A DNA stretch of 28,853 nucleotides, from the IMG/VR virus record IMGVR_UViG_3300032216_000647, positions 1 through 28,853 of that record, one strand, 5' to 3'. Both the position numbers and the translations under genes were made by a program. Of the stretch, positions 24,329 through 28,853 are shown in pieces. A model generated the notes under the pieces. That model made no database searches. It was not told the origin of the DNA and worked only from the letters and a program-made list of their open reading frames with translations. Positions within the stretch are counted from its first letter, which is position 1; each line of letters opens with the position of its first letter. This DNA comes from a virus. Lineage: Duplodnaviria; Caudoviricetes.

Positions 24329-24423
24329 CCCTAGTTGAATTTATAGAGTCACATTTTTGGGCGCTGTGGTTTTTGATTGTGATTGTTGCGACTTGTTTGG
24401 GCAACATCGGGAGCAAGAAATGA
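24325..24423 (+). CDS. Single-TM microprotein (32 aa; not in ORF track)
   Basis: SD GAGGAG, product MTLVEFIESHFWALWFLIVIVATCLGNIGSKK*, and an ATGA overlap with the next gene. Confidence 0.6.
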   Translation: MTLVEFIESHFWALWFLIVIVATCLGNIGSKK

Positions 24424-24707
24424 CTGGATGGCGTAAAAGAACGATTACGGAAATGGCTAAAGAGTCAGGATTTATTGATGCCGATTGGAATTACACAATA
24501 ATTATTCCGTACCTTGAAACCTTTGCCAAGCTAGTGCGCAAAGAAGAGCATGACAATTGGGTAGAGCTTTCCGCTGACCTAATTCGCACGGAGCGTGAGT
24601 TCAACGCAAGATTATGTGAAGGTCAGGCAAATGATGCTACTGAAGGCGAATGGGACACTTGTTGTCTGTTTTTGGCAAAGCTCATTCGTAATCGGGGACA
24701 AGCATGA
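24420..24707 (+). CDS. Hypothetical phage protein (95 aa)
   Basis: ATG 24420 with SD GGGAG. It shows the pattern I.EMA.E.G...LE.FA.LV...ERE..A.LC...C...A..IR.RG. Confidence 0.7.
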   Translation: MTGWRKRTITEMAKESGFIDADWNYTIIIPYLETFAKLVRKEEHDNWVELSADLIRTEREFNARLCEGQANDATEGEWDTCCLFLAKLIRNRGQA

Positions 24708-25222
24708 AAATACACACAAGCAAGACAGAATTCTTGGAGTCGGAAATCAAGCGCCTGAGAGCGCTGGTACGGGCACAGCAGATCACCATTGACAAGCTAG
24801 AAGCACAGCCAGCACCTGTACAGGAGCCTGTGGCGTGGATGACAATCAACGAGTACGGAGAAGAGGACGACATTCACTACGAAAACCCAGAAGGCCATTT
24901 GATGGAGGGCTGGACATACAAGCCGCTTTACACACACCCACCAACGGCACAGTCAGAGCAGGAACCGCTTGAATACTGGAACGCCGTAGAGGGGTGGGTC
25001 AAGATTGATGAGGTGCGTGATCACTTTGATTCAGTTGGTTGTGGCACGATTTACAAGACTGCTGGCGAAGACCGAGTGCCTGTTTACACCACCCCACCAC
25101 AGCGCACATGGGTAGGGCTTACCAAAGACGAGAAGGAAACGCTGAGTTACAAAGCCGAGGGCAACACATGGACAGCGGTTGAACTGGCAGAAGCCAAACT
25201 CAAGGATAAGAACAATGTATGA
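24704..25222 (+). CDS. Mosaic accessory protein with AQPxQEPVAW / PLYT.PP modules (172 aa)
   Basis: Two AQ..QEP...[LV]YT.PP modules, then QRTWVGLT and EAKLK.KN. Confidence 0.75.
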   Translation: MKIHTSKTEFLESEIKRLRALVRAQQITIDKLEAQPAPVQEPVAWMTINEYGEEDDIHYENPEGHLMEGWTYKPLYTHPPTAQSEQEPLEYWNAVEGWVKIDEVRDHFDSVGCGTIYKTAGEDRVPVYTTPPQRTWVGLTKDEKETLSYKAEGNTWTAVELAEAKLKDKNNV

Positions 25223-25519
25223 CGACGAATTGCACCAACTGGCGGCTGACTACGCCAACATGAGAAAAGATGAGTTTAATGAAGCCGTTGAGAAATCGCT
25301 TAACCCTCCGCCTCCGTACATTCAAAAACTGTATCAGTGGTTGTGGGTAGCGCATTACGAAGGTTTCAAAAACGGGCATATTGCCAAAAGCAAGGAGAAG
25401 AACAATGCTGACGATTGATTTTGAATCGCTGATGATTGGTATTGGCCTTGGGCTTTTTGCAGTGGTTTGCGTTCGTATCATTGATTACATTTTTGCCAAA
25501 CTCAAGGAAAAGAACAATG
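25193..25519 (+). repeat. Three dispersed 25-bp gene-junction repeats gccaaaNNcaaggaNaagaacaATG
   Basis: Copies at 25193-25217, 25383-25407 and 25495-25519. Confidence 0.85.
25215..25418 (+). CDS. Hypothetical protein (67 aa)
   Basis: ATG 25215 sits within the repeated junction, with SD AAGGA. Confidence 0.65.
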   Translation: MYDDELHQLAADYANMRKDEFNEAVEKSLNPPPPYIQKLYQWLWVAHYEGFKNGHIAKSKEKNNADD

Positions 25520-25527
25520 CCGCTTAA
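25405..25527 (+). CDS. Single-TM microprotein (40 aa; not in ORF track)
   Basis: SD AAGGAG, product MLTIDFESLMIGIGLGLFAVVCVRIIDYIFAKLKEKNNAA*. Confidence 0.65.
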   Translation: MLTIDFESLMIGIGLGLFAVVCVRIIDYIFAKLKEKNNAA

Positions 25528-25846
25528 ACCACACCCAACAGACCCCAACAAGATGCTTTACGTCAACCGCTACTACGACATTCCAGAACTGCAAGGGGTA
25601 AGGATGACGCTAGAGGACGAGGAGTTCAACCGCATCGAGCGCGAGTCCAAGCAACGCACTGAGGCGGTCAAGTATGCAATCAACAGCGCCTTTAAGTCGT
25701 TTGAGCCTGACTGGGCCAACTTCAATGAGGGCCGGGCAAATGGCCGCGCAAGCGCATTTGAGGAAATCGCAGAGAAGATCAAGGCAATGCCCTTTGGGGG
25801 CGACACGATAGACAGTCTGATCATCTGGTTGGAGGAGCAAAAGTGA
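25517..25846 (+). CDS. Hypothetical protein (109 aa)
   Basis: ATG 25517 within the junction repeat. It contains EDEEFNRIERE and PFG.DT..S..IW motifs. Confidence 0.7.
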   Translation: MPLKPHPTDPNKMLYVNRYYDIPELQGVRMTLEDEEFNRIERESKQRTEAVKYAINSAFKSFEPDWANFNEGRANGRASAFEEIAEKIKAMPFGGDTIDSLIIWLEEQK

Positions 25847-26085
25847 GACCATCGAGACACCAAACCATCCGCGACATCCTTTTGGAAGCGGAAGACGGGC
25901 TTACCCTCGTTGAGATTGGCGAAAAGATGGGAACGACTGAGCGCAGTCTTCGCAAGACGATCGGGATTGTCTGGGGGGTATACATCGACCGCTGGACAAA
26001 CCCCAAAAGAGGGCAGTACGCGGCGGTGTACATGTGCGCAGATGTACCAGAGGATGCACCGCACCCACTGGGAGCCATGGCATGA
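25843..26085 (+). CDS. Putative winged-HTH protein (80 aa)
   Basis: GTGA overlap and SD GGAGGAG. Pattern IR..L....DGLT..EI.........YIDRW.....A.V..C..VP...P.P. Confidence 0.7.
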   Translation: MRPSRHQTIRDILLEAEDGLTLVEIGEKMGTTERSLRKTIGIVWGVYIDRWTNPKRGQYAAVYMCADVPEDAPHPLGAMA

Positions 26086-26294
26086 AGAACGAGATATGGT
26101 CACCCGACTGGATCGCCAAAGAACCAGATCTGGCAAGCAACCTGATCACAGAGCTTCAGAGGCTGGTGGAGGAGCTTGAGGCGAAGTTGAAGTACGCCAA
26201 CACAAAAATCGCCAAACTGGAAGAACAAAACAAGACCTTCAAGATGACCGTCAAGCAGATGGACAGGAGAATCATGAAAGGCATGGGGTCTTGA
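26082..26294 (+). CDS. Coiled-coil hypothetical protein (70 aa)
   Basis: ATGA overlap, SD GGGAG and a heptad pattern. Confidence 0.65.
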   Translation: MKNEIWSPDWIAKEPDLASNLITELQRLVEELEAKLKYANTKIAKLEEQNKTFKMTVKQMDRRIMKGMGS

Positions 26295-26330
26295 CACGCA
26301 CCGAGGAGACTGAGTTAAACTTTGCGTTAA
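26291..26330 (+). promoter_or_regulatory. Possible promoter for the packaging/late operon
   Basis: TTGACA (26291) and TAAACT (26316) are separated by an atypical 19-bp spacer. A near-operator taaac-tttgc-gttaa overlaps it. Confidence 0.35.
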
Positions 26331-26341
26331 AGGAGCCAAAC

Positions 26342-26911
26342 ATGGCAAAGAAACCAAACAGTCTTTCCAGCGATACTGTCGCCGATGTGACAGGTGATGC
26401 GCAAACGAAGAAGGTCACCAAGATTGGCAGACCATCAAAGTACAGTGAAGAGATAGCTCAGAAGATATGCGAAGAGCTAAGTGAAGGTATCCCGTTAAGG
26501 GAGATATGCAGACAGGAAGGTATGCCTGCATGGAGGACGGTATACGATTGGATGTGGAGGAACGAGGCGCTTTCCACAGCAATCGCACACGCGCGTGATA
26601 TTGGTTACGACAAAATGGCTGAGGAATGCTTACATATTGCAGACAACATCCAGATCGGAACCAAGAAGGTTTTCAGCAGTGGCGGTGAGGAAGGTGAAGA
26701 CACCATGACCGTGACTGAGGAAGATATGCTCGGCCACAGGAAGCTCCAGATCGAGACCCGCCTGAAACTGCTGGCGAAGTTCAACCCCAAGAAGTACGGC
26801 GACTACCGTGAGCCAGACAAGGCTGTCGACCCGCTGGTGATCGACGTGAGCGCCAAGAATATGATGGACGCCGCCATTCAGCGCCTTGAACTACTGCGTG
26901 TGGCCGAATGA
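26342..26911 (+). CDS. terS: Terminase small subunit (189 aa)
   Basis: ATG 26342 with SD AAGGAG. It has the HTH GRPSKYS.EIA..IC..L.EG.PLR.IC....MP...TVY.W and the tail RKLQIETR.KLLAK..PKKYGD, and lies directly upstream of TerL. Confidence 0.92.
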   Translation: MAKKPNSLSSDTVADVTGDAQTKKVTKIGRPSKYSEEIAQKICEELSEGIPLREICRQEGMPAWRTVYDWMWRNEALSTAIAHARDIGYDKMAEECLHIADNIQIGTKKVFSSGGEEGEDTMTVTEEDMLGHRKLQIETRLKLLAKFNPKKYGDYREPDKAVDPLVIDVSAKNMMDAAIQRLELLRVAE

Positions 26912-28353
26912 GCGGTGAACCCGCACTGCTGGGTGACGACGTCCTCGACATCCTGAGAGACCCCAAGATCATGAAGGGGCTTGGCCCGTTCCATGGAGCG
27001 GCCTATGCCAAGCGCACCTCATGGCTGGCCGGGGCACACAATCATCAGAAGCTACCGCAGGGGACGTGGTGGTCGATCTGGCTCATGCTGGCTGGCCGAG
27101 GGGCTGGCAAGACCCGCACAGCGGCTGAACAGCTTTGGTGGTGGGCATGGGAAAACCCCGGCACGCGCTGGCTGGTATCCGCTCCTACGTCGATGGACGT
27201 GCGGGGAACCTGCTTTGAGGGTGAGTCTGGCCTGATGGCTGTCATTCCCGCCTGCTTGGTGGCCGACTACAACAAAGCCCTGCACGAGATCGTCCTGATC
27301 AACGGGAGCCTGATCAAAGGCATATCCGCCTCAGAACCCGATCGTTTCCGTGGAGGCCAGTACCACGGGGCATGGCTAGACGAGTTGGCCGCATGGGACT
27401 ATCTGGACGAGGCTTGGTACAACATCCAGTTTGCCGTCCGCCTGAAGAAGGCTGACAACCGCACCCAGATCATCGCCACGACCACGCCAAGGCCCAAAGA
27501 CCTGATCGTCGAGCTTGTGGGCAGGGAAGGGGACGACGTGGCCCTGACGACTGCCTCGACTTACGTCAACCTCGTCAACCTTGCGCCCAGCTTCCAAAAG
27601 CAGATCCTGTCATACGAAGGTACAAAGATTGGCCGTCAGGAGATCCATGCCGAGTTGATCGACCCCGAAGAGTCAGGCATCGTCAAGCGGGACATGTTCC
27701 GCCTGTGGGCACCCAACAAGGAGTTCCCCAAGTTCGAGTACATCATCCAGAGCTACGACTGCGCATCTTCCGAGAAGACGGTCAACGACCCGACTGCGGC
27801 CATCACGTTCGGCGTGTTCAAGCCACTGGACGGCCCGATGTCGGCCATGGTGATCGACTGCTGGCAGGACAGGCTCCAGTACCCCGACCTGCGCCCCAAG
27901 GTGATCGACGAGTACGACGTGGTCTACGGCGAGGGCAAGGAGAAGAAGCGCGTCGACCTGATTCTGGTGGAGGACAAGTCGTCGGGCATCGCCCTGATCC
28001 AAGACTTGCGCCGTGCCCACCTTCCTGTCAGGGCGTACAACCCCGGCAGGGCGGACAAGATCCAGCGCCTGAACATCGTGTCCAACATCATCGCCGCTGG
28101 GCGGGTATGGATTCCCGAGAGCAGTGTCAAGCGTGGCTACGTCAAGGACTGGGCCGAGGGCTTCGTGAGCCAGATCTGCGCTTTCCCCGACTCGACGCAC
28201 GACGACTTCGTGGACGCCTGCACCCAAGGCTTGCGGTTCCTACGGGACGCTGGCTGGCTGGACATCGACGGCTCACCGCGGGATGATTACGACGATGACG
28301 ACTGGGCGGATAGCGGCATGGCGAAGAAGCTGGAAAACCCATACGCGGCATAA
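26908..28353 (+). CDS. terL: Terminase large subunit (481 aa)
   Basis: Walker A AGRGAGKT, Walker B AWLDE and coupling motif TTTP, plus RNase H-like nuclease motifs QSYD.A, VEDKSSG and HDDFVDA. Confidence 0.96.
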   Translation: MSGEPALLGDDVLDILRDPKIMKGLGPFHGAAYAKRTSWLAGAHNHQKLPQGTWWSIWLMLAGRGAGKTRTAAEQLWWWAWENPGTRWLVSAPTSMDVRGTCFEGESGLMAVIPACLVADYNKALHEIVLINGSLIKGISASEPDRFRGGQYHGAWLDELAAWDYLDEAWYNIQFAVRLKKADNRTQIIATTTPRPKDLIVELVGREGDDVALTTASTYVNLVNLAPSFQKQILSYEGTKIGRQEIHAELIDPEESGIVKRDMFRLWAPNKEFPKFEYIIQSYDCASSEKTVNDPTAAITFGVFKPLDGPMSAMVIDCWQDRLQYPDLRPKVIDEYDVVYGEGKEKKRVDLILVEDKSSGIALIQDLRRAHLPVRAYNPGRADKIQRLNIVSNIIAAGRVWIPESSVKRGYVKDWAEGFVSQICAFPDSTHDDFVDACTQGLRFLRDAGWLDIDGSPRDDYDDDDWADSGMAKKLENPYAA

Positions 28354-28417
28354 GCGTGACTTGCTGGGCAGACATAGGCATAATCACGCTACAACCCCCT
28401 CAACCTAGGAGAAACCT

Positions 28418-28853
28418 GTGAACAAGTCTCTGCTTACCCGCAATTACACGCCAAGCGAAATCACCTCACTGAACAATTACATCGCTAATCACAGCGGTTC
28501 TTTGGGAACTCTTGTCGACAACCTGTCCAACGCTGGCATTCCCTTGCAGGACATCGCCACTCTAACCAAGAGCGCCCTTGGCGGCACAGGCGCAGGCGTT
28601 GCTGGTATGGCGGCTTCAATGCCTACAGGTGCAGGCGTGGCCCCAACGCAAAAACCATATATCCCTCCAACGCCATCTCAAGGCGCGTTGGCTGGGTTGG
28701 CAAGCCAGATGCCTTCACGGATGCCAAGTAATGCGCAATACATGAATGACCGCATGTCGCGTGAACAGATAGATCAGATCATGAGGGATGACGCAATCCC
28801 TATGCCTAAACCATATGCTGGTACGTTTGATATGCCTAAACCATATGCTGGTA
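28418..28853 (+). CDS. Low-complexity protein following TerL (3'-truncated; not in ORF track)
   Basis: GTG 28418 with SD AGGAGA. The frame is open to the window end (MNKSLLTRNYTPSEITSLNNYIA...MPKPYAGTFDMPKPYAG). Confidence 0.75.
   Translation, partial: MNKSLLTRNYTPSEITSLNNYIANHSGSLGTLVDNLSNAGIPLQDIATLTKSALGGTGAGVAGMAASMPTGAGVAPTQKPYIPPTPSQGALAGLASQMPSRMPSNAQYMNDRMSREQIDQIMRDDAIPMPKPYAGTFDMPKPYAG
28801..28853 (+). repeat. 30-nt period tandem repeat at the window end
   Basis: tatgcctaaaccatatgctggta occurs at 28801 and at 28831. Confidence 0.85.

Noticed and set aside
27673-28286. Long overlapping ORFs (184 aa -, 193 aa +) inside terL, and similar ones inside 8691-9811, 11771-12322, 13608-14132 and 18053-18846
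   Set aside because: These are expected shadows of GC3-biased coding sequence. They lack SDs and recognisable motifs.
1-28853. Alternative genetic code or stop-codon readthrough
   Set aside because: Genes tile densely under code 11, and TAA, TAG and TGA all serve as stops at sensible gene ends.

Overview
This window is about 29 kb of a tailed dsDNA phage genome with podovirus-like (P22-like) gene order, read in the standard genetic code. A freshwater betaproteobacterial host is only inferred from recalled gene families. Layout: (1) 1-15.7 kb (+) holds late virion genes: a head-tail adaptor, a repeat beta-rich tail protein, a 1518-aa gp10/nozzle-like protein, a small protein and four putative ejection proteins (the last with an SLT transglycosylase), closed by a UUCG terminator. 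(2) 15.7-19.6 kb (-) is an early operon with a PD-(D/E)XK exonuclease, an SSB-like protein, HTH proteins and small ORFs. (3) 19.6-20.3 kb is a divergent control region with palindromic operators, a roughly 290-nt cluster of structured RNA-like elements and a Cro/YdaS gene; no CI is visible. (4) 20.3-26.3 kb (+) has a YdaU-type replication initiator with iterons, a helicase loader, RuvC, a Ref/HNH nuclease and a run of small genes. (5) 26.3-28.9 kb has the small and large terminase and a truncated low-complexity ORF. The most striking observation is in the 1518-aa protein. It carries about 915 aa of roughly 70-aa beta-rich modules that appear nested inside one another rather than tandem: 10 module bodies are matched by exactly 10 displaced 13-aa closing strands in balanced-bracket order, including a side branch. 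All product calls come from motif recognition, not database searches.
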